DNA of 64,000 nt from an uncultured Bacilli bacterium. GTDB lineage: Bacteria; Bacillota_I; Bacilli_A; RFN20; CAG-631. This document shows positions 36,601 to 46,315 of the stretch, one piece after another. Both the position numbers and the translations under genes were made by a program. The stretch spans positions 10,074 through 74,073 of the forward strand of contig CANQTM010000004.1 in assembly GCA_947626825.1 (NCBI GenBank), given 5' to 3'. The notes beneath the pieces are model-generated. The model had not been told where the DNA came from. It made no database searches and saw only the letters and a list, made by a program, of their open reading frames with translations. The number at the start of each line of letters is the position of its first letter. Within the stretch, counting starts at the first letter, position 1.

Positions 36601-37293
36601 TGATTCATCACCATTTCCTTTGATAATAAAACCATTTGTAGGAACTAATAAATCATATGCTTCATAACTAACTAATTCAGTTACCTTTTTGCCATCACCA
36701 TCAAAATGTTCATATTGAGAATCTAAAGTAATTTTAGTATAGATTTCACTATATGTTGCAAATTGTTCATGTAAAGACCAAAATTCAGCATCATCTGTTA
36801 CTGGTTTTGAACTTACATTGTAATAGAAATCATCAGATGGTGAACCATAACCTAATCCTGTTCCATATGATGCATATACAATATAACCAGCTTCATCTAC
36901 CGCAATATACCATAAATTACCACCTTTAGTTAATGGCACTGTGTGACGATTACCATTTTGTTCTGAATAAAATCTGCCACTATCTTTATTTAATGGAGCA
37001 ACAGTTTTATTTATTTCAAAATCAGTCCATATTGTTGTATTATTTTTTGAATCATCAAAATTAAATATAACATCATACAATTTTGCTTCTGGTATATATT
37101 CTTCAACACTAGATGTACTGCTACTTGTTTCTTGTGAATGACTACTTTGTCCAGAACTACTAGCAGAATTTGAAGGTGTTAAATTATCAGAACTAACTGA
37201 ATCTGAATTCTTTTTATTATTACATCCTGTTAGTGCTAATGAAAATGTACCCAAACTTGCCAAAAGTGCACTTATTACTTTTTTAAAGTTCAT
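33673..37293 (-). CDS. Large surface lipoprotein (1206 aa) with Ser/Thr-rich linker and three homologous ~250-aa modules
   Basis: Lipobox LALTGCNNKK; low-complexity S/T stretch; repeated module core (GYIVYASYGTGLGYGSPSDDFYYN / GKIAYFVYNPANGYGEPSGTKYY / GKIIYASSGLRAGYATPSDDFYSG, each followed by LVPTxGF(I/V)I(K/T)G). Terminator hairpin GAAACAATT...AATTGTTTC at about 33620-33660. Confidence 0.6.
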   Translation of the reverse strand: MNFKKVISALLASLGTFSLALTGCNNKKNSDSVSSDNLTPSNSASSSGQSSHSQETSSSTSSVEEYIPEAKLYDVIFNFDDSKNNTTIWTDFEINKTVAPLNKDSGRFYSEQNGNRHTVPLTKGGNLWYIAVDEAGYIVYASYGTGLGYGSPSDDFYYNVSSKPVTDDAEFWSLHEQFATYSEIYTKITLDSQYEHFDGDGKKVTELVSYEAYDLLVPTNGFIIKGNGDESTFVDLCRQLRPNVVTDQMTILPSGATNNFLGLTPAKTFNKFYLSIVEDTDGTRKLSVKERTTDEIVDDSGYQEKDTYAKAFTSTDDDKVTTYITTDDIATLDDSSTFENLKGVVSYSGGNTVIIVDENHKSVLVNDETITKDYKVGDTIVVNGTKTTTNGYLTVNATSVLKLDAFGQLKPEDATTIKTINEAKDVWKVDNNYKVIKVVGAKVVSIDATGTSTIKLVEDSKEFTMNLYKTTFPDTVTVGDMVDVTCAIVCNNTTVQAIVATSDDISRYYNIEVDVDGDKGELESEKFFHATGNKVTLTPKIPNQDYEFSHWEKWNETESTWEEVSDEIDFEIEVGKEDAKYKAVFDYAAWKNLPPHMGLSGTIDVLSLETDSKFTVIDDSTIVINEDWTTSYAIDGVGERTILIVDNEGKIAYFVYNPANGYGEPSGTKYYTHPDYASDDYHNNPSFNILEENTKFELHAPEGGFLITSYDTSATSLVMAITNNVVSELSYNLNTRNLAISQETRIYYDKDKKFVKVYVPSLEDGNYLASYNQSCLTAKTDITVYTDDKKNPNVSKYDFATGRHTFNTQGLENVIAVDNDGKIIYASSGLRAGYATPSDDFYSGTKDGNVIIPKSTSVNKGKIVGDFFALGPNYSTYGEWFASGNTNEERNPNLQYGDFETLVPTDGFVITGSRESKEMKLLWAEVFGKNLYNKITNDFNTASQNGTFDNVKVELIDVNGVPQIHIVNGTASYVDTNLSKDEKINELKSLENYTEATYGSTDKDMFSNINATDENITVTSKNVANEAYVITDDNLTFTTTISPLDNKTGFTISVPTYNLLSHSYYLVIEWTIDETNYKSLIYHNENSEEFTFAASKIGQSFIARVDGKINNVAVWNGFKGSWDITFTINREYGYVQFLYTDSENNQTILTKETSIFKGAVVLVDSADWTRNLYNDPGNPLTWFCCLPTGSTYTASYFPNTNTVTIL

Positions 37294-37532
37294 AATTAAT
37301 TTTTCCTTTCATAAATTTAATTTGGAATGTGTTTTTCCCTTTTAAATATACCATTATAAGAAGGGCTTAACAATGGAAAAAAACTTTAAAAATATGGAAA
37401 AAAGTAATGTGTTGTATTTTAATATTTTATAATGACAATTAATAAAAAAACATTTATTTTTTTTAGAAAATATTATATAATGTATTAGTAAACTTAAGGG
37501 ACCTTTATGGCCTAAAAAGAAAGGAAAAAAAT

Positions 37533-38081
37533 ATGAAAAAAAATGATTTAACCTACAAAATGGTAGGAAATGCTTTATTAATTGCTTTGACTGTTGTTTT
37601 TACATTGATATCTAACAATATCCCTATTGCTGGAATTTCAATCAATTTATCTTTAATTACTATAGCTGTGGCTGCTATTTTATTTGGCAAAGTGAGTGGT
37701 TTAGTTGTAGGGCTTGTAAATGGAGCCCTAGTTATGTTATCTGCTGCACCATTTTTTGCTATTAATCCTGTGGCTACAGTTTTTGTTTGTTTATTAAAAT
37801 CTAGTCTTGCTGGTCTAATTGCTGCTATTGTATATAAGTTGTTTTTAAAAATAAATGAACATGTTGGTGTTATATTAGCTACAATTTTAGTACCAATTAT
37901 CAATACATCTTTATTTATTATTGGATCTCTTTTATTCTTTAATGGTGTTTTTGGAGAATTAATAACATTATTTGTAGCTGCAAATTTCATAATTGAATTT
38001 ATAATAAATTTATTATTATCTCCAGCAATTTATTATATTGTAAGAGTTTATAAAAATAAGCATAAAGAATTAGCAAAATAA
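37533..38081 (+). CDS. ECF transporter substrate-specific (S) component, substrate unknown
   Basis: 182 aa, six hydrophobic helices, small ECF-S-like architecture. Confidence 0.5.
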   Translation: MKKNDLTYKMVGNALLIALTVVFTLISNNIPIAGISINLSLITIAVAAILFGKVSGLVVGLVNGALVMLSAAPFFAINPVATVFVCLLKSSLAGLIAAIVYKLFLKINEHVGVILATILVPIINTSLFIIGSLLFFNGVFGELITLFVAANFIIEFIINLLLSPAIYYIVRVYKNKHKELAK

Positions 38082-38188
38082 AAAACTTTATAATTTTGAT
38101 TAAAATTTTATAAAGTTTTATTTAAGTTAATACAATATTATTTTAATTAAATTTTTTATTATAGGGCACTTCTTCCAAAGTGCCTATT

Positions 38189-38764
38189 TTATTTTTTCTT
38201 AATAAATTTATTACCACTATGCCAAGCTTTTCCAACTTTTTCGCCAACAGCATAATAATTATAATTTATTTGATCAAAAACAAAAGTGTTAACCTTTTTA
38301 AAATCAATTTGACCTTTTTCATCTAAAACACTTTCATCAGCTAAAACGTTAACTATTTTTCCTAAAATTCTTAGTCCATAAGGCTCTTCTTCAAATTTTT
38401 CAACTATACATTCTAAAGTAACAGGATATTCATTAATAATAGGAGCATCAACATTTTTGCTTTTAGAAGAACTTAATCCACTAATAGCAAATTTATTTGG
38501 TTCATTATTACCAGATATAGTACCTAAATAATCTGAAGCCTCTAATGTATCAATGCTAGGAATAGCTAAAGTGAAAGCTTTTCTTTTATATAAATTAGTA
38601 ACAGTTTTATGTGTTTTTTCTAAATTTAACGCAACCATGTTATTATCACAAATGCCACCCCATGCCATCATCATAGCATCAACGCTGTCATCATCATTAT
38701 ATGTTCCTATCATATATGTTGGCATAGGAAATAAATAAGGTTTATCACCAAATGATTTTTTCAT
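38189..38764 (-). CDS. Flavin reductase-like (FMN-binding split-barrel) domain protein
   Basis: Overall similarity to flavin reductase-like domain proteins (LFPMPTYMIGTYNDD...AMMMAWGG). Confidence 0.55.
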   Translation of the reverse strand: MKKSFGDKPYLFPMPTYMIGTYNDDDSVDAMMMAWGGICDNNMVALNLEKTHKTVTNLYKRKAFTLAIPSIDTLEASDYLGTISGNNEPNKFAISGLSSSKSKNVDAPIINEYPVTLECIVEKFEEEPYGLRILGKIVNVLADESVLDEKGQIDFKKVNTFVFDQINYNYYAVGEKVGKAWHSGNKFIKKK

Positions 38765-38831
38765 TTTCTTTCATGTATTATAAAATTAATCAAAGAAATG
38801 AATAATTTTATAACCTTTTCCTTTCTCCAAT

Positions 38832-39578
38832 TTAATTATTTTTTTTATATATTTTATACAAACCATATAAAACTAAATCTGGTTCAATAATATCAATTTT
38901 TTCATAACATAATGGGGCAATGAAAGAAATTAAACCACCTGTAGCGATTATTTTGATATTATCATTGTTGATTTCTTTTTTTATTCGTTTTATTAATCCA
39001 TCAACCATACTAGCAAATCCATATAAAACTCCAGATTGCATACAAGGAATTGTAGAATTATTTAAAATTTTTTTAGGAACTACTAATTCAAAATTAGGAA
39101 GCAATGCAGCATTGTTTATCATTGCTTTAGTTGAAACAGCAACACCTGGAGCAATCAAACAACTCATAAAAGTATTTTCTTTATAATATAATATTTTCGA
39201 TGCAGTGCCTAAATCAATAACTAAACATTCATTTTCAAATTCACTTGCCCCTAAAACATCACAAATCAAATCAGCACCAACACTTTTTGGATCATCAGCA
39301 ATAATTTTTAAACCAGTTTTTAAATTATTACCAACAATTTTAGGTGTTAAATTATAATATTTTTCACACATTTTTTTTATAGCACTTGTTATTTGTGGCA
39401 CAACAGAGCATATCATAACTTCATCAAGCTTAGTATTAATAAAATTCTTAAAAAGCAAATAATATTCATCAGATGATTTATCTAAAAAAGATTTTATGCG
39501 ATAAGAAGATAAAAGTTTTAATTCATCATGTAAGCCAAAACAAATATTTGAATTTCCAATATCAATTAATAAAATCAT
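38832..39578 (-). CDS. coaX: Type III pantothenate kinase
   Basis: MILLIDIGNSNICFGL N-terminus typical of CoaX. ATG begins 2 nt after the glcK stop; the track ORF extends 39 nt further upstream. Confidence 0.8.
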   Translation of the reverse strand: MILLIDIGNSNICFGLHDELKLLSSYRIKSFLDKSSDEYYLLFKNFINTKLDEVMICSVVPQITSAIKKMCEKYYNLTPKIVGNNLKTGLKIIADDPKSVGADLICDVLGASEFENECLVIDLGTASKILYYKENTFMSCLIAPGVAVSTKAMINNAALLPNFELVVPKKILNNSTIPCMQSGVLYGFASMVDGLIKRIKKEINNDNIKIIATGGLISFIAPLCYEKIDIIEPDLVLYGLYKIYKKNN

Positions 39579-39580
39579 AA

Positions 39581-40474
39581 TTATAATGCTTGCATGGCTG
39601 CGCCTATGATTCCACAATCTTGATCATATTTTGCACACACAACTTTTATTTTTCCTCTTAAAGACATATATACATAATCATCAACTTTTTTAATAATTTC
39701 ATCTAAAAAATATTCTTTTGATTTCATGAGTCCACCACCTAATACAAAAATATCAGGTTCCATATAGGCTACAATTGAGCCAATCAAAGCAGCGATATCT
39801 TCAACAAAAGCATTTTTTATATTTAAAGCTATTTGATTTCCACTAGATGCCAATTTAAACACATCACCAGCATTTTGACATTGAAGTCCTTGTTCATTAG
39901 CTTTAATTGTTAATGCTGTTCCACTTGCTTCTCCTTCAACACAACCTTTGGCCTTAAACTCACTTGGAGCACGTCCGCCATTACGAACTATCATTGAACC
40001 CACTTCCTGAGCTAAGCCATTATAACCAACAACCATTTGTTTATTAACAACTAATCCACCACCAATACCTGTAGATAATGTTAAATATTGAACGACTTCA
40101 TAACCTTTTCCCGCACCAACTATTGCTTCAGCAAGAGCAGCTACATTAGCATCATTTCCTACAAATACTGGATAACCAAATTCTTTGGCAACCATTTCTT
40201 TTAAATTAAATGAATCTTTTATATTTAAATTAGGAATATAAATAACAGTTCCATCTTTTTTACAAGGACCAGGAACACCAATTCCAATTCCTTCAATTTT
40301 ATATTTTGTTGTTTTTAAAATTTTTCTAATTAAACTAAAAATATGATTAGTTAAAGTTTCAATTGAATTGGCATTAGTTTTTTCTTTTATAACATCAAAT
40401 AATTGACCATCACTATTTACAATACCAATACGAATATTAGTACCACCAACATCAATTCCTAAAGCATATTTCAT
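39581..40474 (-). CDS. glcK: ROK family glucokinase
   Basis: MKYALGIDVGGTNIRIGIV; ROK signature region. Confidence 0.8.
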   Translation of the reverse strand: MKYALGIDVGGTNIRIGIVNSDGQLFDVIKEKTNANSIETLTNHIFSLIRKILKTTKYKIEGIGIGVPGPCKKDGTVIYIPNLNIKDSFNLKEMVAKEFGYPVFVGNDANVAALAEAIVGAGKGYEVVQYLTLSTGIGGGLVVNKQMVVGYNGLAQEVGSMIVRNGGRAPSEFKAKGCVEGEASGTALTIKANEQGLQCQNAGDVFKLASSGNQIALNIKNAFVEDIAALIGSIVAYMEPDIFVLGGGLMKSKEYFLDEIIKKVDDYVYMSLRGKIKVVCAKYDQDCGIIGAAMQAL

Positions 40475-41895
40475 TATAATTTACAAACTTTCATTAAATT
40501 TGTATTTCCAACACCATTACCACCAGTAATAATGAAAGTATCTCCTTCTTTTAAACCATAATATACTGCAATTTCACTGGCAAATGACATAAAATCAATT
40601 TCATAAGTTTTATGATTAGCAACTACAGGATAAATGCCCCAATTTAATGTTAAAGACATACGAATATTGGCATTTGAGGATACTGAAGCGATTGGACAAA
40701 TAGGGCGATATTTTGAAATACGTTTAGCAGTTGCCCCTGATTCACTAAATGCAACGATTAACTTTGCATTAACTTCTTTAGCAGTAGTTATAACTGCATT
40801 GGCAACGGCATCATCTAAAGGAAATTCAAAAGCAGTAGATTCTAAAGAAGCATTATTAATATTTTCAAGTTCTCCTGCATGTTCTTCAGTGACCTTAATA
40901 ATTTTTGATAATTCTTTTACTGTTTTTACAGGATATAGTCCAGTAGTAGTAACATTGGCTAAACTAATACCATCAACACCATCTAAAACTAAATTAGCAA
41001 CATCTGCTACCTCAGCTCTACTTGGTCTTTTATTTCTAGTCATTGATGACAAAACTTGAGTACCAACTATAATTGGTTTACCTACTATATTACATTTTCT
41101 TATTATTTTCTTTTGAATAATTGGTAATAATTCATAAGATATTTCAAAACTTAAATCTCCACGAGAAATAATAATGCCATCTGATACTTCTAAAATTTCA
41201 TCAAAATGATCAACTGCCGATTTGTTTTCAATTTTAGCAAAAACAAAAATATTAGGATTATCTTTTTTAACAATTTCTTTGATATCTAAAATATCTTGAG
41301 CAGTTCTAACGAATGATGCGCCAACAAAATCGACACCAGAAATTGATGCAAATTTTAAAATAGCAGCATCTTCATTACTAATGCATGGTAAAGAACTAAC
41401 CATTGTAGGAACACTCACAAGACAATTGCTACATATATTACCTGATTTTAATGCTTCACATTCAATAGTTTTATCTTCATCATTTTTCCTTAAAACTTTT
41501 AATGTAACATTGCCATTATTTACAAATATTTCATCACTTAAAGAAATATCATCATAAAACTTTTCATAATTAATTGAAAAATTATGGGCATCACCAACAA
41601 TTTCTTCTTTTGTATGAATAGTTACTTTACAGCCTTTTCCAATTGGTTCAATGTCATTTTTAAAAATATGTGTTTTAATTTTTGGACCATATGTATCAAG
41701 CATTAATGATAAAGCACGATCGTGAATTAAAGATAATCTTTTGATAGTGTCAATGTATCTTTGTTGAACTGAAATTGAACCATTTGTAAGATTAAGTCTT
41801 GCAACATTCATTCCTGCAAGTAGCATCTCTTCTAAGACATTTTCAGATTCTGATTGTTGACCAATTGTACAAATAATTTTGGTTTTATTTAGCAT
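40474..41895 (-). CDS. pyk: Pyruvate kinase
   Basis: MLNKTKIICTIGQQSE...; start set at ATG with AAAGGAGAG RBS. The track ORF has a 25-codon upstream extension overlapping the pfkA 3' end. Confidence 0.9.
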   Translation of the reverse strand: MLNKTKIICTIGQQSESENVLEEMLLAGMNVARLNLTNGSISVQQRYIDTIKRLSLIHDRALSLMLDTYGPKIKTHIFKNDIEPIGKGCKVTIHTKEEIVGDAHNFSINYEKFYDDISLSDEIFVNNGNVTLKVLRKNDEDKTIECEALKSGNICSNCLVSVPTMVSSLPCISNEDAAILKFASISGVDFVGASFVRTAQDILDIKEIVKKDNPNIFVFAKIENKSAVDHFDEILEVSDGIIISRGDLSFEISYELLPIIQKKIIRKCNIVGKPIIVGTQVLSSMTRNKRPSRAEVADVANLVLDGVDGISLANVTTTGLYPVKTVKELSKIIKVTEEHAGELENINNASLESTAFEFPLDDAVANAVITTAKEVNAKLIVAFSESGATAKRISKYRPICPIASVSSNANIRMSLTLNWGIYPVVANHKTYEIDFMSFASEIAVYYGLKEGDTFIITGGNGVGNTNLMKVCKL

Positions 41896-41911
41896 GTTTT
41901 CTCTCCTTTTG

Positions 41912-42874
41912 TTAAATAAAATGTTTAAATTGTTTAACAAGCTTTGCTGGATATTTTTTAGGAAGTTCATTAGCTTTTACTATATCCATATAAGTTAATT
42001 CTTCTCCTTTAACACCTACGCAAACACCTGTTTTGCCCTCTTTTAATAATTCAACAGCATAATCCCCAAGTCGTGAAGCTAATATACGATCAAAAGCAGT
42101 TGGAGTTCCTCCTCTTTGAATATGACCTAAAACAGCAGCACGTGTTTCATATGTACCATCTTTATTTAATACATCTGCAATATGAAAAACATCTATTGTA
42201 TGTTCACAAACAATAATAATGCAATTTCTTTTATGTAATTTTTTAGCCTCTTTTACAACATTAATAATATTTTCATCAGAATAATCTTCTTTAGTTGTTA
42301 TGACACATTCAGCACCACAAGCAATACCTGCTCTAATTGCTAAATCAGGATCATGATGACCCATAACTTCGATAACCGAACATCTACCATGAGAATTAGT
42401 AGTATCTCTTATTTTATCAACACATTCAACAATGGTATTTAAAGCAGTATCAAAGCCAATAGTATATTCTGTAGATACAATATCATTATCTATTGTTCCA
42501 GGAACACCAATACATGGAACTCCCATTAATGATAATTTATATGCACCCATGTAAGTGCCATCACCACCGATACAAACCAAAGCATTAATACCATGTTTAT
42601 TTAATGTTTCAATAGCTTGTCTTCTTACGCTTTCTTCTTTAAATTCTGGGAATCTTGCAGTACCTAAAATAGTACCACCTTTATTACCAATACCACTAAC
42701 ATCAACTCTTTCAAGTTTTCTAATATTTTCAGTGATAAGTCCTTCATATCCATCATAGATTCCATAAGCTTCAATGCCTACATAGTTTGCTGCTCTAACT
42801 ATTGCTCTAATTGCAGCATTCATTCCAGGTGCATCGCCACCAGATGTTAAAATTCCAATTTTTTTAATTTCCAT
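41912..42874 (-). CDS. pfkA: ATP-dependent 6-phosphofructokinase
   Basis: KKIGILTSGGDAPGMNAAIRAIV. Confidence 0.9.
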   Translation of the reverse strand: MEIKKIGILTSGGDAPGMNAAIRAIVRAANYVGIEAYGIYDGYEGLITENIRKLERVDVSGIGNKGGTILGTARFPEFKEESVRRQAIETLNKHGINALVCIGGDGTYMGAYKLSLMGVPCIGVPGTIDNDIVSTEYTIGFDTALNTIVECVDKIRDTTNSHGRCSVIEVMGHHDPDLAIRAGIACGAECVITTKEDYSDENIINVVKEAKKLHKRNCIIIVCEHTIDVFHIADVLNKDGTYETRAAVLGHIQRGGTPTAFDRILASRLGDYAVELLKEGKTGVCVGVKGEELTYMDIVKANELPKKYPAKLVKQFKHFI

Positions 42875-42886
42875 AAATAACCACCT

Positions 42887-43747
42887 TTACATTTTTATTT
42901 CATTAATTTTTTCTATTAAATGATTGGCCTTTGTGTCATCATTATAATTAAGTTTATAAATTTTTGGTAATTCTTCTAATGAAAATTCACTACATAATAT
43001 TGTAGTTTTTTCACTTTGCAAACGATTATCAATTAGTGATAATAAAATTTCATCTCTAGACCAAGCACTAATTGCTTCATTACCAAGGCCATCTATAATA
43101 AGTATATCGCTTTCTAAAACAATTTTAAATGTGTCTTCTTTATCATTTGTCTTGAAATCACTTTTTATTTCTTTTAATAAATCAGATAATTTAACAATGC
43201 TAACTTTATATTTTAATAATAAACCATAAGATAATGATTTTAATAATTTTAATCGTATTTTAGCATTTTTTAATTGTAAAAAGGCTCCAGAAATTTTTTC
43301 ACCTTTTAATAAAGATATTATTCTTTTTGTAAAATCTTTACCAAGTAAAGCAATATTGTCATAAACAAAATTTTTCTGACTATCATCTAAAATTTCTTCT
43401 TTATCAAAAGTTGTATATAGCAAATTATTTTTACGAACATAATAATCTTTAAAATATTTACAAATAATAAAACTATCAGATAATTGATTATAAGAATCTC
43501 TTTTTATTTGATACATTAATCCTTTTGTAGAATGATTGCACTCATTTTTACTTTGACATGAAAAACATTTATTATTTATATTAAGATAATAATTAAATAA
43601 TTCATAATAAGTTTCTATTTCATCATCAGTAATTTTTAAAGAAGCTATTATAGGACTTATTAAATTATTATTTTTTATTTCTTTAATATATTCTTGAAAA
43701 TCAAAATCATCGTTAACATTAAAATTTAATTTTTCCATATTATCCAT
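42887..43747 (-). CDS. dnaI: DnaI-like helicase loader homolog with apparently degenerate Walker A/B
   Basis: N-terminal Cys cluster (CFSCQSKNECNH). C-terminal region aligns by eye to DnaI (ILIIDGLGNEAISAWSRDEILLSLIDNRLQSEKTTILCSEFSLEEL), but the Walker A position reads LQLKNAKIRLK instead of GxxGxGKT, and the Walker B DD is DG. Confidence 0.55.
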   Translation of the reverse strand: MDNMEKLNFNVNDDFDFQEYIKEIKNNNLISPIIASLKITDDEIETYYELFNYYLNINNKCFSCQSKNECNHSTKGLMYQIKRDSYNQLSDSFIICKYFKDYYVRKNNLLYTTFDKEEILDDSQKNFVYDNIALLGKDFTKRIISLLKGEKISGAFLQLKNAKIRLKLLKSLSYGLLLKYKVSIVKLSDLLKEIKSDFKTNDKEDTFKIVLESDILIIDGLGNEAISAWSRDEILLSLIDNRLQSEKTTILCSEFSLEELPKIYKLNYNDDTKANHLIEKINEIKM

Positions 43748-44912
43748 CCATTAGTTTCTTAAATTCATCAATAGTTGCTTGATCAATTGTATCATCTTCA
43801 TTTGGTTTATTTTCTTTTGAATTTAATGAAATTTCATTATTATTTTTTTGATTTTCATAATATTTTTTGATTCTTTTATTGCGATTACGAAAATAATTCA
43901 TTGCATCTAATGTAGTTTTAACTCCATTTAAAAGCATTTCTTCTATTGTCTTAACAAAATAATTTTTTGAAACACCTAAAGTCCTTTGCCCATATTTAAA
44001 ATAATAATTAATAACTACATTTAAAACACCTTCTGTTATTTTATATTGATCTAAAAGTTCATTTATCATTGCTGTTTCTCTTGGCAATAAAGTTGTCCTT
44101 CCAGATAACTTTTTATAATAAGCAATTGAACGTTCTCTATCAAAAGTTTTAGCTATCAATTCATCAGAATTATTATTTTCTTTGGAAACTTTTTCTTGAT
44201 ATTTTTGACTAATAAAATCATTTAATTTTAAAACATTCAATTTCATTTTATTGTCTATATAATCAAAACTATTTAAAATAGCATTTTCAACATCGTCATA
44301 ACTTAAATTAAATAATTTTTTTAAACGATTTATTTCTTTTTTATCACTACTTGTTATTACATCCTCATATGATGCAATCACAGGATATTTTTCATAAAAT
44401 TGTCCATAAAATTCATCTTCAGTTAAATCTTTAACTATTTTTATATCTTCTATATCTACATATTCATCTTCAATAATTGGAATTGAAAGAAAATATTTAC
44501 ATACTTGTTTATAATAATTTTCATCAACAATAACTTGTAAAGCCTTATTTAATTTTTCATCATTTAAAAATTCAGTAGCAGTTTGAGTTGATTTTAAAAC
44601 AAATAAATAGTCATTAGCTTTTCTTTGATTTGCTTTATATGTTATAAGACCATATTCTTTTAAAGTTTCTATAGCCATGTTAAATTGCTTATCGTCACAT
44701 TGTAACAATTTATGCAAACGAGCAATTGTAAAATGTTCATTACAATCTTTGTTAAGTGAAACTTCACTTTCTAAAACAAGATAGAGACTCATGGCATTGC
44801 ATCCTATAATTGGACCATAAAGTCGTACTAAAACCTTATAATCAATAACAAACTTAGTATCTTTTTTATCATGTGATATTTTATATGTATCCAAGAAACT
44901 AAATGTGTACAT
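43740..44912 (-). CDS. dnaB: Replication initiation/membrane attachment protein DnaB (DnaD-like domain protein)
   Basis: Position immediately upstream of dnaI; C-terminal DnaD-like region (YFRNRNKRIKKYYENQK). Confidence 0.55.
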   Translation of the reverse strand: MYTFSFLDTYKISHDKKDTKFVIDYKVLVRLYGPIIGCNAMSLYLVLESEVSLNKDCNEHFTIARLHKLLQCDDKQFNMAIETLKEYGLITYKANQRKANDYLFVLKSTQTATEFLNDEKLNKALQVIVDENYYKQVCKYFLSIPIIEDEYVDIEDIKIVKDLTEDEFYGQFYEKYPVIASYEDVITSSDKKEINRLKKLFNLSYDDVENAILNSFDYIDNKMKLNVLKLNDFISQKYQEKVSKENNNSDELIAKTFDRERSIAYYKKLSGRTTLLPRETAMINELLDQYKITEGVLNVVINYYFKYGQRTLGVSKNYFVKTIEEMLLNGVKTTLDAMNYFRNRNKRIKKYYENQKNNNEISLNSKENKPNEDDTIDQATIDEFKKLMDG

Positions 44913-44925
44913 TGTTTACTACCCC

Positions 44926-45492
44926 CTATGAATTTATTTTTTGAATAATAACTTCTAACTGCTTTAAATTTTCAACTTCATCATAATTACTATTAATAAC
45001 AAAATTTGCTAATTTTACTTTTGTATCATTATCAAATTGCTGTTGTTCTAATTTTATCATATTTTGATATTGTCTAACATCTCTTTTTTCTAACATTTTA
45101 TGTCTTAAATTATCATTTACACTTATTGCTATAGTATAATCAAATAAATTTGTTAAATTTGCTTCAAAAAGTAATGGGACTTCAATAAAAATTAATTCAT
45201 TTTTAGCTTTAATAGCAATATTTTTAATTTTTAAAATGACATATGGATGAATAATATTGTTAAGTTTTTGAATATTATCGTCATTTAAATTATTTTTTAT
45301 AATATCTTTATCTACTTGACCATTAATTAAACAATTAAATGATTCATCTAACTTTTTTTTAATTTCATTATCCAAATATGCTTCTTTAACAAATTCATCA
45401 CAAGAATATGTTTGATAATGAAAATGATGTGAGATTAATTTTAAAATATGAGATTTTCCAGAACCTAAGCATCCAGTTATTCCAATTAGCAT
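44926..45492 (-). CDS. coaE: Dephospho-CoA kinase
   Basis: MLIGITGCLGSGKSHILKLI P-loop. Confidence 0.8.
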   Translation of the reverse strand: MLIGITGCLGSGKSHILKLISHHFHYQTYSCDEFVKEAYLDNEIKKKLDESFNCLINGQVDKDIIKNNLNDDNIQKLNNIIHPYVILKIKNIAIKAKNELIFIEVPLLFEANLTNLFDYTIAISVNDNLRHKMLEKRDVRQYQNMIKLEQQQFDNDTKVKLANFVINSNYDEVENLKQLEVIIQKINS

Positions 45493-45495
45493 AAT

Positions 45496-46314
45496 TTATC
45501 CTTTCTGACAATTAGGACAATAATGTGTTCCCCTTTTATTAACAAATGTTTTTATTATCAATGTTTGACATCTTTCACATGGGCAATTTTCTTTACCATA
45601 TACTTTGATTTTTAATTGAAAACGACCATCAACACCATGACTACTTTGAAAACTTTTTATTGTAGAACCACCATCCAAAATGGCTTGATTTAAAATTTCT
45701 TTTGCATTATCAATAATATCTTGACAATTTTTTAAGTTTAAAATGTTAGCTTTGGTCAAAGGATTTATATAACATGCATAACAAACTTCATCAGCATAAA
45801 TATTTCCAAGGCCAGCAATGATACTTTGATCTAATAAAACACTTTTTATAGGTTTATGAATCTTAGAAAAATGATTTAATAAATAATGTGGATCTTTTAT
45901 TTCACTTGGTTCTAAACCTAAATTGCATAATGGTTCAACATTATAGATATCAACATCTTTATCAAAATACCACATACGGCCAAATTTCCTAACATCATGA
46001 TAAATCAAAACACTATTATCTTTAAAAGTAAATATTATATGTGAATGTTTATCTTTTAAAGAAAGATCAAATTTAAATTTGCCTTCCATTCGCAAATGAA
46101 TAATAAGATATCCTTTATTTAAAATTATAATCAAATATTTTCCTTTACGTGAAAAATCAATAATTTTTTGATTTTTTAAAACTTTTACAAATTCATCTTT
46201 TTCAATATTAGCTAAAATTTTAGGATATAAAACTTCAACATCTTGAATGGTTTTATTTAAATATATGGCTTGTAAGCCCCTTTTAACTGTTTCAACTTCA
46301 GGTAATTCTGGCAT
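45496..46314 (-). CDS. mutM: Formamidopyrimidine-DNA glycosylase
   Basis: MPELPEVETVKRGL N-terminus (catalytic Pro2), C-terminal zinc finger CPCERCQTLI...CPNCQ. Confidence 0.85.
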   Translation of the reverse strand: MPELPEVETVKRGLQAIYLNKTIQDVEVLYPKILANIEKDEFVKVLKNQKIIDFSRKGKYLIIILNKGYLIIHLRMEGKFKFDLSLKDKHSHIIFTFKDNSVLIYHDVRKFGRMWYFDKDVDIYNVEPLCNLGLEPSEIKDPHYLLNHFSKIHKPIKSVLLDQSIIAGLGNIYADEVCYACYINPLTKANILNLKNCQDIIDNAKEILNQAILDGGSTIKSFQSSHGVDGRFQLKIKVYGKENCPCERCQTLIIKTFVNKRGTHYCPNCQKG

Positions 46315-46315
46315 A

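Noticed and set aside
37294-37532. Riboswitch upstream of the ECF S-component gene (37533-38081)
   Set aside because: Only a short GGGACC…GGCC hairpin next to the RBS. No conserved core of the FMN, THF, TPP or preQ1 aptamers could be recognised.
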